Assembly: GCA_965249135.1 (NCBI GenBank)
Contig: OZ252220.1
Span: 1,504,001 to 1,568,000, forward strand
Length of the DNA stretch: 64,000 nucleotides
From: Alphaproteobacteria bacterium
GTDB lineage: Bacteria; Pseudomonadota; Alphaproteobacteria; GCA-2746255
Direction of reading: 5' to 3'
The notes below the pieces were generated by a model. That model worked only from the letters and a program-made list of their open reading frames with translations. It was not told where the DNA came from and made no database searches. Each line of letters begins with the position of its first letter. Positions within the stretch are counted from its first letter, which is position 1. Below, piece by piece: positions 49,069-59,701 of this stretch. The position numbers and the translations under genes were made by a program.

Positions 49069-50519
49069 CCGCCGCTGAAATTTGCAGGCGCCGGGCTTAC
49101 GACCTTGGGCCCGCGACGTAAGACCTCAAGGACGGCAAGCCCTCGTTCCACCAAGCCATCCCTACGAAAGCGGAAGACGCCATCCACGCCGGCAAACCCG
49201 CCACGAACGGTGAGTGAGAAGTCATCCAACGTCGCACCCGTGCCGACGAGGTCGGCCGCCAGCGCGGTCGCGTCATAGGCAAGGCTCGCAAGACGTAGCG
49301 GCTTTGCCTTAAAGCGTTCCTTGTAGCGACGGACGAAGCGGTCCCACTCCTTCGGCTCCGACGTCGCGTACCATCCGCCGAGAAGCGCCGGTTCCGTTCC
49401 GATCGTCGGATCGTCCCATTGGCCGGTGCCAAGGAAACGAACCCGTTTCGGATCGATGTCGTAATAGGAAAGTAAGGGCGCGATGCTTTTCAACCGATCG
49501 CCGCCCTCGGGCAGCAGGATGGCATCGAAATCGACGTCTCCCAGCGTATCCTGTCCTTTGAGTCCTTCCAGTTCCAACTTCGAAATCTCGTCGGTCAAGG
49601 TCTCGAGTTCGGCCCGGTGTTCCTCCAGGGCTTGCTTGCGCAAGTCATAGTCGGCAAGCTTGCGAACGATTTCCGAGAGCTTCTCCGTGTTCATCGCGGA
49701 AGCCCTATCGTAGAAGACAACCCGCGTAACGACGCCTTCGCTTTTACCGACGGCCTGTTTCAGTGCCTCGACCACCGTATAGCCATAGGCATCCTGCGGT
49801 GCCAGAACGGCGAAGCGCAGAAGACCCTGGTTTTGCGCGAAGGCAACGACCCGTTCGACCTGGGTGCGCGGCAGAAAGCCCATGATGTAAATCCCGCGGC
49901 CGGTCACGCTGCGGTCGGTCGAAAAGGCGACGACCCGGATATTGCGCGCGCGGGCCTCACCGGCGATCGCCGAGACGGACGTGGAAAGCAGCGGGCCTAG
50001 GATCAGGGAAATGTCGCTGTCATAGGCCGCCGCGGCGGCGGCGGCGGCGCCGGACGGCGTGCCTTTCGTGTCGAAAGGAAGCAGGGCGAATTTCTGGCCG
50101 GCCAAATCAAAAAGCGCCAGTTGGGCGGCGCGCAACATGGACTTCCCAAGGGTTGCATTCGGTCCTGAGAGCGGCAGGAGAATGGCGATGCGCTTTCGCT
50201 TCGAGCCCTCCGGCATCCTTGCGACGCGGCGTTCGACCCCTTCCCGCGGGACCGTGCGATTGAGCGAGGCGATGGCCGTCGTCGTTTCACGCAGCGAGGC
50301 GTCCTTACCGCGGGTTCGATCGTATTCGCTGGGAATGGGAAGCGGCGCTTCCTTAACCGGCGTCGAGGGCGAGCTTTTGGGAGGCGGTGCCTCTTGCATT
50401 CGCGGCGAGCCCTTCGATACGCTGGAGCACCCAACCAACAGGCAAAGCGGAAGAGCCAAACATGCCCAAGCCAACGGGCGCAACCAGCAAGAAAAAGGGG
50501 CGGCGGCAAGAAGGCGCAC
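49065..50519 (-). CDS. Penicillin-binding protein activator (LpoA/LppC-like lipoprotein)
   Basis: Lipobox LVGC, IAILLPLSG, LAYDA, GVDGVFRF; divergent from rsmI; start uncertain. Confidence 0.8.
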   Translation of the reverse strand: MRLLAAAPFSCWLRPLAWACLALPLCLLVGCSSVSKGSPRMQEAPPPKSSPSTPVKEAPLPIPSEYDRTRGKDASLRETTTAIASLNRTVPREGVERRVARMPEGSKRKRIAILLPLSGPNATLGKSMLRAAQLALFDLAGQKFALLPFDTKGTPSGAAAAAAAAYDSDISLILGPLLSTSVSAIAGEARARNIRVVAFSTDRSVTGRGIYIMGFLPRTQVERVVAFAQNQGLLRFAVLAPQDAYGYTVVEALKQAVGKSEGVVTRVVFYDRASAMNTEKLSEIVRKLADYDLRKQALEEHRAELETLTDEISKLELEGLKGQDTLGDVDFDAILLPEGGDRLKSIAPLLSYYDIDPKRVRFLGTGQWDDPTIGTEPALLGGWYATSEPKEWDRFVRRYKERFKAKPLRLASLAYDATALAADLVGTGATLDDFSLTVRGGFAGVDGVFRFRRDGLVERGLAVLEVLRRGPKVVSPAPANFSGG

Positions 50520-51424
50520 GGAAGACCTCCGAAAAGCGTCTGAAGCGAACCGCCAAGGCTAGCGGTTGGCCCCCCGGAAGTAAACGGGGGGGCCTCGTTT
50601 TGGTCGCGACCCCTATCGGAAACTTAGGCGACATCACCGTTCGGGCCATCGAGGCCCTGCGCCAAGCCGATGTCATCGTGTGTGAGGATTCGCGCGTCAC
50701 CCGAAAGCTGCTCGGCAAATACGGCATCGGCGGGCGGCTCTCCGTCTATCACGAGCACAACGCAAAAACCGCGCGCCCGCGCCTGCTCAGAAGGCTTAAG
50801 GCGGGGGAAACGCTCGCCCTTGTCTCGGATGCAGGCACACCGTTGATTTCGGATCCGGGCTATAAGCTGGTCCGTGCCGCCATCGAGGCCGATATTGCGC
50901 TTACCTTCCTTCCCGGGCCCTCTGCGCTGATCGCCGCCCTCGTCCTTTCCGGCCTTCCGCCGGACCGTTTCTTCTTCGGCGGCTTCCTGCCCGCCAAGGC
51001 GGCAGCGAAGCGGCGCGAGATCGAACGGCTTGCCCCGCTGCCGGCGACGCTCGTCTTCTTCGAATCAACGAAACGCCTGGCCAGCACCTTGCGCGCCCTG
51101 GCCTGCCAGCTTGGCGCGCGGGAGGCGGCGGTCGTTCGGGAGGCAACCAAGCTTCATGAGGAAGTGCGCCGCGGATCACTGGCGAACCTTGCCGAATCTT
51201 ACGAGGCGGCGGGCGCACCGAAAGGCGAGGTCGTGCTCGTCATCGGCCCGCCTCTAGAGGCCGAGGCCGGCGTTCCGGATGCCGAATGCCTTGGGCTGTT
51301 GCGCCAGGCGTTGGGGAGTAAGAGTCTCCGCGACGCCACGGACGAGGTCGCCGCAAAAACCGGCCGTAAACGCCGCGAGGTCTATGCGCTTGCCCTCGAA
51401 CTCAGCAAGGAAACAAGGGGTTGA
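50462..51424 (+). CDS. rsmI: 16S rRNA C1402 2'-O-methyltransferase
   Basis: VATPIGNLGDIT, CEDSRVT, SDAGTPLISDPG; start uncertain. Confidence 0.92.
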   Translation: MPKPTGATSKKKGRRQEGARKTSEKRLKRTAKASGWPPGSKRGGLVLVATPIGNLGDITVRAIEALRQADVIVCEDSRVTRKLLGKYGIGGRLSVYHEHNAKTARPRLLRRLKAGETLALVSDAGTPLISDPGYKLVRAAIEADIALTFLPGPSALIAALVLSGLPPDRFFFGGFLPAKAAAKRREIERLAPLPATLVFFESTKRLASTLRALACQLGAREAAVVREATKLHEEVRRGSLANLAESYEAAGAPKGEVVLVIGPPLEAEAGVPDAECLGLLRQALGSKSLRDATDEVAAKTGRKRREVYALALELSKETRG

Positions 51425-51816
51425 CGGGAAAAGCGGCAAGAGCGGGACGGGGAAGAAAAGCGGAGCGTTACGGGCGCTTCGCGGAAAATGTGTGCGCCTG
51501 CATCCTCTGGTGCAAGGGCTACCGGATTGTGGCGCGACGCCACCGCACGCCGGTCGGCGAGCTTGACGTCATTGCGCGCCGCGGACCGGCCCTTGTTTTC
51601 GTCGAGATCAAGGCGCGTGAAAATACAGATGCCGCGAGCGAGGCGTTCACCACGAGGCAGCAAACCCGAATCCTGCGCGCCGCGGAACATTTCCTGAGTG
51701 CGCGGCCGGAATTTGCGAACGCCGAGATCCGTTTCGATGCGATGCTGGTTGGCCATCGCACCTTGCCGCGTCACGTGAAGGATGCTTGGCGAAAGGGATT
51801 CGATGGCATTAGATAG
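51421..51816 (+). CDS. YraN/UPF0102 nuclease-like protein
   Basis: GELDVIA, LVFVEIKAR, RFDA. Confidence 0.88.
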   Translation: MTGKAARAGRGRKAERYGRFAENVCACILWCKGYRIVARRHRTPVGELDVIARRGPALVFVEIKARENTDAASEAFTTRQQTRILRAAEHFLSARPEFANAEIRFDAMLVGHRTLPRHVKDAWRKGFDGIR

Positions 51817-51823
51817 GCCGGGC

Positions 51824-52447
51824 ATGACTCTTTCGTTTCTTTGCCGCCTTCGTTTTGCATCTTTGCTCGTGCTCATCTCATGGGCCGTCGGCCTTTCGGG
51901 ATGTTCCGTCGCCGGGGTTGCGATCGGCGCCGGTGCCGGCACGGCCGTCGCCGCCTCGGAGGAACGCGGACTGGGTGGAGCGATCAGCGACACGGCCATT
52001 CAAACGAAAATTAACTACGCATTGCTGGACAAGGATTTGAGTCTGTTTCGCCGCGTCAGCACCAGCGTTCACGAAGGCCGCGTTCTTTTGATGGGAATCG
52101 TTCCAAACGAGGATGCCATGACGAGCGCCGTCAAAATAACCTGGCAGGTGGAAGGCGTGCGCGAGGTGATCAACGAAATACGCATCGCGCCGGACGCGGA
52201 GATCGCGGACGACGTACGCGACAGCTGGATCACCGCAAAACTTCGCACGCGGATCATGTTCGACAAGGAAATCAAGGCGATCAATTATTCGATCGAAACG
52301 ATTGATCGGGTGATTTACCTTCTGGGCATCGCCCAGGATGCGGAAGAGCTTGATCGCGTCATCCGGACCGCCCGCGACATCGAATACGTGGAGAAAATCG
52401 TAAGCCACGTGCTGCTGAAGGGCGACTCCAGGCGGAAGGCGACGTAA
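51824..52447 (+). CDS. Dual BON-domain lipoprotein
   Basis: Lipobox LSGC; two BON repeats (DTAIQTKI, DSWITAKLR). Confidence 0.85.
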   Translation: MTLSFLCRLRFASLLVLISWAVGLSGCSVAGVAIGAGAGTAVAASEERGLGGAISDTAIQTKINYALLDKDLSLFRRVSTSVHEGRVLLMGIVPNEDAMTSAVKITWQVEGVREVINEIRIAPDAEIADDVRDSWITAKLRTRIMFDKEIKAINYSIETIDRVIYLLGIAQDAEELDRVIRTARDIEYVEKIVSHVLLKGDSRRKAT

Positions 52448-52522
52448 GCTCCGCTTGGGCTGGCGCCGCCTTCCATTCTTTCCTATCCTTCCCTTCCCTC
52501 AAACAAACCCGAGCGACCAGCC

Positions 52523-53491
52523 ATGAGCCTTGCCGTCGCCATCCAGATGGACCCCATGGAGAGGATCGACATCGAAGCGGACAGCACCTTCGCGCTGGCG
52601 ATCGAGGCCAAGCGGCGTGGGCACGCCCTTTTTCATTACCTGCCCCAGGACCTCACCTTCCGCCATGGACGGGTGCTCGCCAAGGCGCATCCGATGAGCG
52701 TGCGCCAAGAAAAGGGAAACCACTTCACGTTCGGTGCGAGGCAGTCGATCGACCTTGCCGCCGTCGACGTCGTGCTGATGCGTCAGGACCCGCCTTTCGA
52801 CATGGCCTACATCACGGCAACGCATCTGCTCGAACATTTGATGGAAACAACCTTAATCGTGAATGATCCGGTTGAGGTGCGAAACGCGCCGGAGAAATTG
52901 TTCGTTACGCACTTTGCCAAACTGATGCCGCCCACGCTGATTACGTCGGATCGCGAGGAAATTCTTTCGTTCCGAAAAGAGTACGGCGACATCGTGCTGA
53001 AGCCGCTGTTCGGAAATGGCGGGCGCGGCGTGTTTCACGTATCGCCGGAAGACGAAAACCTGAACGCGCTGCTTGAACTGTTCACCGACCTTTACCTCGA
53101 GCCGATTGTCGTTCAGCGTTACCTTCCGGAAGTACGCGACGGGGACAAACGAATCATTCTCGTCGAAGGTAAGGCCGTGGGCGCGATCAACCGCATACCG
53201 CCGCCCGGTGAGGCGCGTTCAAATCTGCATGTCGGTGGCAAAGCAAAAAAGACGACGCTAAATGCTCACGACCATCTCATCTGCGAATCGATTGGCGAGT
53301 CGTTAAGGGAACGAGGCCTCATCTTCGTAGGCATCGACGTCATTGGGAAATGTATCACGGAGATCAATGTAACTTCGCCGACCGGCATTTGTGAAATCGA
53401 TCGCTTCGATAACATTTGCGTCGAAGAAAAAATCTGGGACGCGATCGAGGTGCGTCACGCCGCCATGCGCGGCGATGGGCGAATGGAATGA
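52523..53491 (+). CDS. gshB: Glutathione synthetase
   Basis: QMDP, MRQDPPFD, RNAPEK, EINVTSPTG. Confidence 0.95.
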   Translation: MSLAVAIQMDPMERIDIEADSTFALAIEAKRRGHALFHYLPQDLTFRHGRVLAKAHPMSVRQEKGNHFTFGARQSIDLAAVDVVLMRQDPPFDMAYITATHLLEHLMETTLIVNDPVEVRNAPEKLFVTHFAKLMPPTLITSDREEILSFRKEYGDIVLKPLFGNGGRGVFHVSPEDENLNALLELFTDLYLEPIVVQRYLPEVRDGDKRIILVEGKAVGAINRIPPPGEARSNLHVGGKAKKTTLNAHDHLICESIGESLRERGLIFVGIDVIGKCITEINVTSPTGICEIDRFDNICVEEKIWDAIEVRHAAMRGDGRME

Positions 53492-53515
53492 GTAAAGGCA
53501 TGGGAGGAAAGGTGA

Positions 53516-55060
53516 ATGGTCGCGCGGATTGCCACCGTCGCGTTCACCGGCATTGACGTAAAGGAAGTCGATGTCCAGGTGCGGGTCGCGAACGGCCTGC
53601 CAGCCTTCACGATCGTGGGCCTGGCGGACAAGGCGGTGGCCGAATCCCGGGAACGCGTGCGGGCCGCCCTTGAATCGATGGGGCTTTCGCTTCCCTCCAA
53701 ACGGATCACCGTGAACCTGGCGCCGGCCGATTTGCTGAAGGAGGGGAGCCACTTCGACCTGCCCATCGCGCTCGCACTTCTTGCCGCGATGGGCGTGCTG
53801 GCGACAGACGAGATCGCCGAGTATTTCGCCATGGGCGAGCTTTCCCTCGATGGGGGCTTAAGCGCCGTCTCCGGCGTGCTGCCGGCGACGATCGAGGCTT
53901 CCGCGAAGGGGCGCGGCTTCATCTGTCCGGAAGTTTGCGGGCCGGAAGCGGCCTGGGCGGAAGGGGTCGAGGTGCTGGCGGCGCCCAACCTGCTTGCGCT
54001 CGTCAACCACTTCAAGGGCAGCCAGGTCCTCACCCAGCCGGTGCCGGAGCTGGCCGAGGAGGTGGAGGGCTATCTCGATTTGGCGGACGTGAAGGGCCAG
54101 GAAACCGCGAAGCGGGCGCTCGAAATCACCGCCGCCGGCGGCCACAATCTTCTCATGATCGGTCCACCGGGAGCCGGGAAATCCCTGCTAGCCCAACGGC
54201 TTCCCGGTCTGCTGCCGGCGCTGGATGCGCGCGAGGCGCTTGAGGTCAGCATGATCCGGAGCGTCGCCGGCAAGCTCAAAGGAAAGCGTCTTTCGAAGCG
54301 CCGTCCCTTCCGGGACCCCCACCATTCCGCCTCCTTGCCGGCACTCGTCGGCGGCGGCGCGAAGGCAAGGCCCGGCGAGGTGTCGCTCGCCCATCACGGG
54401 GTCCTGTTCCTGGACGAGCTTCCGGAATTCTCCCGCCAGACCCTGGAGGCGCTTCGCCAGCCCCTCGAGGCGGGCCGGGTAAGCATCGCGCGCGCCAATG
54501 CGCATGTGACCTATCCGGCCCGGGTCCAGCTGGTGGCGGCGATGAACCCCTGCCGCTGCGGCTATTTCGGGGACCCGACCCAGGATTGTGGGCGGGCGCC
54601 GAAATGCGCGGTCGACTATCAGGCGAAGATCTCGGGGCCCTTGTTCGACCGCATCGACCTTCACGTCGACGTAGCCGCCGTAGCACCGGACGATCTTACC
54701 TTGGCGTCTGCTACGGAAACTTCCCAAGTCGTGCGCGCCCGCGTCATTGCCGCCCGGGCCTTGCAGGCGGACCGCTACGCGCGGCTGGCGCCGAAGGCGA
54801 GCCTTCGCGTGAACGCGGAAGCCGATGGCGAGCTTCTGGAAGAAGTAGCGCATCCCGGTGCTGAAGGCCAGGCGCTGCTTAGCGAGGCGGTGGAGAAAAT
54901 GAAGCTCACGGCGCGCGGTTATCACCGGATCCTGCGTGTCGCCCGCACGCTCGCCGATCTCGAAGGAAGCGAGCGCGTGAACCGTCTGCACGTGGCCGAG
55001 GCGCTCACCTTCCGGCGCGTCGTGCCGGGAAGAAGCCCGCTTCGCGTTACGGCAGGCTGA
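53516..55060 (+). CDS. comM: YifB/ComM Mg-chelatase-like AAA+ ATPase
   Basis: TVNLAPAD, GPPGAGKS, PFRDPHHS, LFLDELPEF, AMNPCRCG. Confidence 0.9.
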   Translation: MVARIATVAFTGIDVKEVDVQVRVANGLPAFTIVGLADKAVAESRERVRAALESMGLSLPSKRITVNLAPADLLKEGSHFDLPIALALLAAMGVLATDEIAEYFAMGELSLDGGLSAVSGVLPATIEASAKGRGFICPEVCGPEAAWAEGVEVLAAPNLLALVNHFKGSQVLTQPVPELAEEVEGYLDLADVKGQETAKRALEITAAGGHNLLMIGPPGAGKSLLAQRLPGLLPALDAREALEVSMIRSVAGKLKGKRLSKRRPFRDPHHSASLPALVGGGAKARPGEVSLAHHGVLFLDELPEFSRQTLEALRQPLEAGRVSIARANAHVTYPARVQLVAAMNPCRCGYFGDPTQDCGRAPKCAVDYQAKISGPLFDRIDLHVDVAAVAPDDLTLASATETSQVVRARVIAARALQADRYARLAPKASLRVNAEADGELLEEVAHPGAEGQALLSEAVEKMKLTARGYHRILRVARTLADLEGSERVNRLHVAEALTFRRVVPGRSPLRVTAG

Positions 55061-55406
55061 TCATCCGCCCCAGTTTCGCGCCGGCGAAAATATGGACGTG
55101 AAAGTGCGGCACTTCCTGGTGCGCGTTCGCTCCGTGATTGGCAAGGATGCGGTAGCCGTCCGCTTCCGTGCCAAGCTCGCGCGCGATACGACCGACGGCG
55201 CGGAAAAAGCCGGCGATCTCGTCTGCGCTAGCATTGGAAGAAAAATCCGCTAGCGAGACGTATTCGCCCTTCGGAATGACCAGCACATGGACCGGCGCCT
55301 GGGGGTTGATGTCGCGAAAGGCCAGCACGCGCTCGTCCTCAAAGACCTTGTCGCAAGGGATCTCACCACGAAGGATCTTGGCAAACACGTTTTCCGGATC
55401 GTACAT
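55047..55406 (-). CDS. Histidine triad nucleotide-binding protein
   Basis: QEVPHFHVH HIT motif. Confidence 0.92.
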   Translation of the reverse strand: MYDPENVFAKILRGEIPCDKVFEDERVLAFRDINPQAPVHVLVIPKGEYVSLADFSSNASADEIAGFFRAVGRIARELGTEADGYRILANHGANAHQEVPHFHVHIFAGAKLGRMISLP

Positions 55407-55433
55407 GGCTTTCCCTCCTTGCCCCCTTCGGCC

Positions 55434-55766
55434 TCAGTTTTTCCGCGCCTTCTTCTCTTCGATGCCCGAAATCCCTTCCCGGCGTCGAAGTTCCTCGAAG
55501 ACATCCTTGAGTTTCACCTCTTTTGCCGCCAGCAACGCAAGCAGGTGATAGAGGAGGTCCGCGCTTTCGTGGACGAGTTCGGCGCGCTCGCCCTTCATGG
55601 CGGCATCGATCGTTTCCGCCGTCTCTTCGCTCAGTTTTTCGGCGATTTTTTCGACGCCGGCCTCGAAGAGTTCTGCCGTGTAGGAGGTGTTCGGATCGCC
55701 CCCTTTGCGGCTTTCGATCACCGCGAAAAGTCGGGAAAGGACCGCTTCTTTCTCAGCATCCGTCAT
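55434..55766 (-). CDS. hisE: Phosphoribosyl-ATP diphosphatase
   Basis: SYTAELF, KLSEE, ESADLLYH. Confidence 0.92.
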   Translation of the reverse strand: MTDAEKEAVLSRLFAVIESRKGGDPNTSYTAELFEAGVEKIAEKLSEETAETIDAAMKGERAELVHESADLLYHLLALLAAKEVKLKDVFEELRRREGISGIEEKKARKN

Positions 55767-55831
55767 GAAAGAACCCTTCGGGCCTTAGAGGTTGGAAACA
55801 ACATTTTCCCTAGCAGATATGGCGTGGGCTG

Positions 55832-56602
55832 TCATGGCAGTCGCACCTGGCGGACCGGAATCCCGGCCGCCGCCAGATGCGCCTTCGCATTGCGAACCGA
55901 ATACTCGCCGAAATGAAAGACGGACGCCGCCAGCAGACCCCAGGCGTGGCCGTCGCGAACCCCTTCGACGAAATGGTCGAGATTGCCGACGCCCCCTGAG
56001 GCAATGATGGGAATTTGGATCGCATCCGCGACTTGGCGCGTGAGCGCGATCTCGAAGCCCTGGCGCGTGCCGTCCCGGTCCATCGAGGTGAGCAGAATCT
56101 CGCCAGCACCCGCATCCGCCATCCGCCTTGCCCATTCGACGGCATCGATCCCGGTGGCCTTTCTTCCGCCATGGGTGAAAATCTCGTAACGGCCGGAAGG
56201 GGCGCGCTTCGCATCCACCGCGACGACGATGCATTGGGTGCCGAAGCGCATCGCCGCTTTTGAGACGAATTCCGGCTTGGCGACGGCGGCGGTGTTGATG
56301 GAGACCTTATCGGCGCCGGCGAGCAGCAACCGGCGGATGTCGTCCGTCGTCCGGACCCCGCCGCCCACCGTAAGCGGCATGAAGCAACGCTCCGCCGTGC
56401 CGGCGACGACGTCATAGATCGTTTCGCGGTTCTCGTTCGAGGCGGTGATATCGAGAAAGCAAAGTTCGTCCGCCTCTTCGCGATCGTAGATCGCCGCCTG
56501 TTCGACCGGATCGCCTGCATCCTTCAAATCGACGAAGTTGACGCCCTTGACGACGCGGCCGTCCTTGACGTCGAGACAGGGGATGATGCGCGCCTTAAGC
56601 AT
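55832..56602 (-). CDS. hisF: IGP synthase cyclase subunit
   Basis: [25 protein letters not shown]. Confidence 0.96.
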   Translation of the reverse strand: MLKARIIPCLDVKDGRVVKGVNFVDLKDAGDPVEQAAIYDREEADELCFLDITASNENRETIYDVVAGTAERCFMPLTVGGGVRTTDDIRRLLLAGADKVSINTAAVAKPEFVSKAAMRFGTQCIVVAVDAKRAPSGRYEIFTHGGRKATGIDAVEWARRMADAGAGEILLTSMDRDGTRQGFEIALTRQVADAIQIPIIASGGVGNLDHFVEGVRDGHAWGLLAASVFHFGEYSVRNAKAHLAAAGIPVRQVRLP

Positions 56603-57329
56603 CCAAGCCGCTCGCGATTCGAAGGCAGGCCTTGGGATCGAGCGCGCCATCGTAGAGGGCGCGGCCCAGGATGACACCGGCGATCCCGCTTGGCTCAAGC
56701 GCCTTCAGCGCGCGCACATCCTCAAGCGAGGCGACGCCTCCCGATGCGATCACCGGGATCTCAAGCACTTCGGCAAGCGCTTTCGTCGCCTCAAGGTTCG
56801 GCCCCCGCATCGTGCCGTCGCGCTGAATGTCCGTATAGATGATCGCCGAAACGCGCGCGTCCTCGTAACGGCGCGCAAGATCGAGTGCTTCCACCTCGGT
56901 CGCTTCCGTCCAGCCTTTTGTCGCCACGCGCCCCTGCCAGGCGTCGATCCCGACGGCGACTTGGCCGGGGAAACGGTTCGCCGCCTCAAGGGCGAGGGCC
57001 GGTTGCTCAAGCGCGATCGTGCCGAGGACGACACGGGCGACGCCGGCTTCGAGCCAGCCTTCGATCGCTCTCAAGTCCCGGATCCCGCCCCCCAGTTGTA
57101 TGGGCAGGCCCACCGCCTTCAGGATCTTACGCACGGCTTTCTTGTTCACCGACTTGCCCGCCACCGCCCCGTCGAGATCGACGACATGGAGCCACGGAAA
57201 GCCGGTGGCTTCGAAACTCATGGCCTGGGCCGCCGGGTCATCGTTGAAGCGCATGACCTTTTCCATGTCGCCCTGCCACAGGCGTACGCAGGCGCCATCT
57301 TTTAAGTCGATCGCCGGGTAGAGGATCAT
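56595..57329 (-). CDS. hisA: ProFAR isomerase
   Basis: [26 protein letters not shown]. Confidence 0.95.
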   Translation of the reverse strand: MILYPAIDLKDGACVRLWQGDMEKVMRFNDDPAAQAMSFEATGFPWLHVVDLDGAVAGKSVNKKAVRKILKAVGLPIQLGGGIRDLRAIEGWLEAGVARVVLGTIALEQPALALEAANRFPGQVAVGIDAWQGRVATKGWTEATEVEALDLARRYEDARVSAIIYTDIQRDGTMRGPNLEATKALAEVLEIPVIASGGVASLEDVRALKALEPSGIAGVILGRALYDGALDPKACLRIASGLDA

Positions 57330-57332
57330 CGC

Positions 57333-57977
57333 CTAAGGCCGCCAGCAAAGGAAGTTGGCCAGCAGGCGAAGGCCTACCCGCTGGCTCTTCTCCGGGTGAA
57401 ACTGGGTGCCGGCCAGATTGTCCCGTCCCACGGCGGCGGTGATCGGACCGCCATAATCGACGCTTGCCAGCAGATCGTTCCCATGGGCCGGCTTAAGCGT
57501 GAAGCTGTGCACGAAATAGGCATGCGCGCCTTCCGGGATCCCCTTGAAGAGGGGGTGGTCCGGCGCCTCGAAGGCAAGCTCGTTCCAGCCCATATGGGGC
57601 ACCTTCAGTCCCTTCTCTCTTGGCTTCACCGGCACGGCTTCGCCTTCGATCCAGCCGAAACCCGGATAGACCCCATGCTCATGGCTGCGGTCCGCCATCA
57701 GCTGCATGCCGACGCAGATACCGAGAAAGGGGCGTCGCTTGGCGAGGGCGACTTCACGCAACGCGTCCTCCATGCCCTCTAGCCGGCCAAGCCCCTGCCG
57801 GCAGTCCGCGAAGGCGCCGACGCCCGGAAGGACGACGTGGCTTGCGCGTGTGACCGCGTCCGCCTTCGAGGTGACCTCGATGGTGAGGTCCAACGCTTCC
57901 TCGCGGGCCGCCGCCTCGAGAGCCTTCGCCACCGAACGCAGATTGCCGGAGCCATAGTCGATGATGGCAACGCTCAT
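57333..57977 (-). CDS. hisH: IGP synthase glutaminase subunit
   Basis: DYGSGNL, PGVGAF, GICVGMQ, QFHPEKS. Confidence 0.96.
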   Translation of the reverse strand: MSVAIIDYGSGNLRSVAKALEAAAREEALDLTIEVTSKADAVTRASHVVLPGVGAFADCRQGLGRLEGMEDALREVALAKRRPFLGICVGMQLMADRSHEHGVYPGFGWIEGEAVPVKPREKGLKVPHMGWNELAFEAPDHPLFKGIPEGAHAYFVHSFTLKPAHGNDLLASVDYGGPITAAVGRDNLAGTQFHPEKSQRVGLRLLANFLCWRP

Positions 57978-58345
57978 AAGGCGTGATCGTAATAACGGCG
58001 CACCGCCGCTTCGCGGCTTTCTCCGCTTACCAGGTCCGTGAATGCGTAGCCCCTGGATTTAAGGGAATGCCGCCGCCAGTCGTTCGCGAGGAAACCGACG
58101 ATGAGCAGGTAGCCAAGAAGGACACCCGCGCGCGCAAACGCATCGACGCCGAGCGCCGCGAGCCCGCCATCCAAGGCGAGTTCGGTGGCAATCAATGCGA
58201 TGCCGATAAACCACATCCGGTTCCAAAACGCCCAGAAGCCGGTGAAGAAGAAGGCCGGCCACGCGAAGGCTTCCTTCACGAAGACGGTCTCTGCTTCGCC
58301 TCCCTCATGGGCGGGCACGAACCGATGGACCGTATAGATTGCCAT
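57974..58345 (-). CDS. DUF2628-like membrane protein
   Basis: [17 protein letters not shown]; between hisB and hisH as usual. Confidence 0.75.
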   Translation of the reverse strand: MAIYTVHRFVPAHEGGEAETVFVKEAFAWPAFFFTGFWAFWNRMWFIGIALIATELALDGGLAALGVDAFARAGVLLGYLLIVGFLANDWRRHSLKSRGYAFTDLVSGESREAAVRRYYDHAL

Positions 58346-58370
58346 CGCCAATCAACCTTGCTTACGTAAT

Positions 58371-58970
58371 TTAAAGTGAACCGCCGAGGACGCCCTTCGT
58401 GGACGGTACCTCGTCCGATTGTCGAGGGTCGATGGCAATCGCCATACGCAGCGCGCGCGCGACCCCCTTAAAACACGACTCAATAATATGGTGCGTGTTT
58501 TCTCCATAGAGGTTCTCGATATGAAGCGTGATGCCGGCGGCTTGCGCGAACGCCTGAAACCATTCCTTGAAAAGCTCCACGTCCATCTCGCCCAATTTCG
58601 AGTGATCGAGTTTCACCTTCCAAATCAGATAGGGCCGCATGGAGGCGTCCAAAACTACACGGGTCAGTGTCTCGTCCATCGGGATGGTGGCGGCGCCGTA
58701 ACGGACGATGCCGCGGCGTTCGCCAAGGGCTTCGCCTACCGCCTGACCGATCGCAATGCCGGTATCTTCCGTCGTGTGATGTCCGTCGATGCGCAAATCG
58801 CCTTCGGCCCGTATTTTCAGATCGATCAGGCTGTGGCGGGAAAGCTGCTCCAGCATGTGATCGAGGAAGCCGATGCCGGTCGCCACGTCGTAGGTTCCCG
58901 TGCCGTCCAGGTCGATTTCGACCTGGATCCGCGTCTCCTTCGTTTTGCGCTCGACGCATGCTTGCCGCAT
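58371..58970 (-). CDS. hisB: Imidazoleglycerol-phosphate dehydratase
   Basis: [32 protein letters not shown]. Confidence 0.96.
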   Translation of the reverse strand: MRQACVERKTKETRIQVEIDLDGTGTYDVATGIGFLDHMLEQLSRHSLIDLKIRAEGDLRIDGHHTTEDTGIAIGQAVGEALGERRGIVRYGAATIPMDETLTRVVLDASMRPYLIWKVKLDHSKLGEMDVELFKEWFQAFAQAAGITLHIENLYGENTHHIIESCFKGVARALRMAIAIDPRQSDEVPSTKGVLGGSL

Positions 58971-59067
58971 GGCCCGCGTCCTCTCATGGGTCCGATTCGC
59001 GCCGTTCTACCAAGATCCAGGAGAAACCGCCAGCCTTCCCGCCTTAAAGCCTTGGGCCACGGTGATC

Positions 59068-59095
59068 CTTGACCTGGGTTGCCGATTCCCCACAT
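59068..59095 (+). promoter_or_regulatory. Putative RpoH-type promoter upstream of hslVU
   Basis: CTTG-N17-CCCACAT. Confidence 0.5.
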
Positions 59096-59149
59096 CCTTG
59101 AGAGACGCCACCCCGCCCACCCCAACCCTTTGCCCTACGCCAAGGAACG

Positions 59150-59698
59150 ATGGCCGAAAGCGACGCGAAGACCTGGCACGGGACGACCATCCTCTGCGTA
59201 CAGAAGGACGGCAAAACCGTCATCGCCGGCGACGGCCAGGTGAGCCTCGGCGATACCGTCGTCAAGACGACCGCCAAGAAGGTCCGCCGTCTCGCCGACG
59301 GCTCGGTGATCGCCGGCTTCGCGGGTGCGACGGCGGATGCGTTTACCCTTTTCGAGCGGCTCGAGTCGCGCCTCGAGCAGCACCCCGGCCAGCTGACCCG
59401 GGCGGCCGTCGAAATGGCGAAGGACTGGCGGACGGACCGTTACTTGCGGCGACTCGAGGCGATGATGGCGGTGGCCGACAAGGACGTGGCACTTGTGCTT
59501 TCCGGTACCGGCGACGTGCTGGAGACCGACGACGGGTTGATCGGCATCGGCTCCGGCGGCAATTACGCGCTCGCCGCGGCGCGGGCGCTGATGGAGGTCT
59601 CGAAGATGGACGCCGAGGCGATCGCAAGGGCCGCGATGGAAATCGCCGCCGGGATCTGCGTCTACACGAACACCGAACTCACCATCGAGACGATTTAG
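59150..59698 (+). CDS. hslV: ATP-dependent protease subunit HslV
   Basis: [30 protein letters not shown]. Confidence 0.96.
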   Translation: MAESDAKTWHGTTILCVQKDGKTVIAGDGQVSLGDTVVKTTAKKVRRLADGSVIAGFAGATADAFTLFERLESRLEQHPGQLTRAAVEMAKDWRTDRYLRRLEAMMAVADKDVALVLSGTGDVLETDDGLIGIGSGGNYALAAARALMEVSKMDAEAIARAAMEIAAGICVYTNTELTIETI

Positions 59699-59701
59699 GC
59701 G

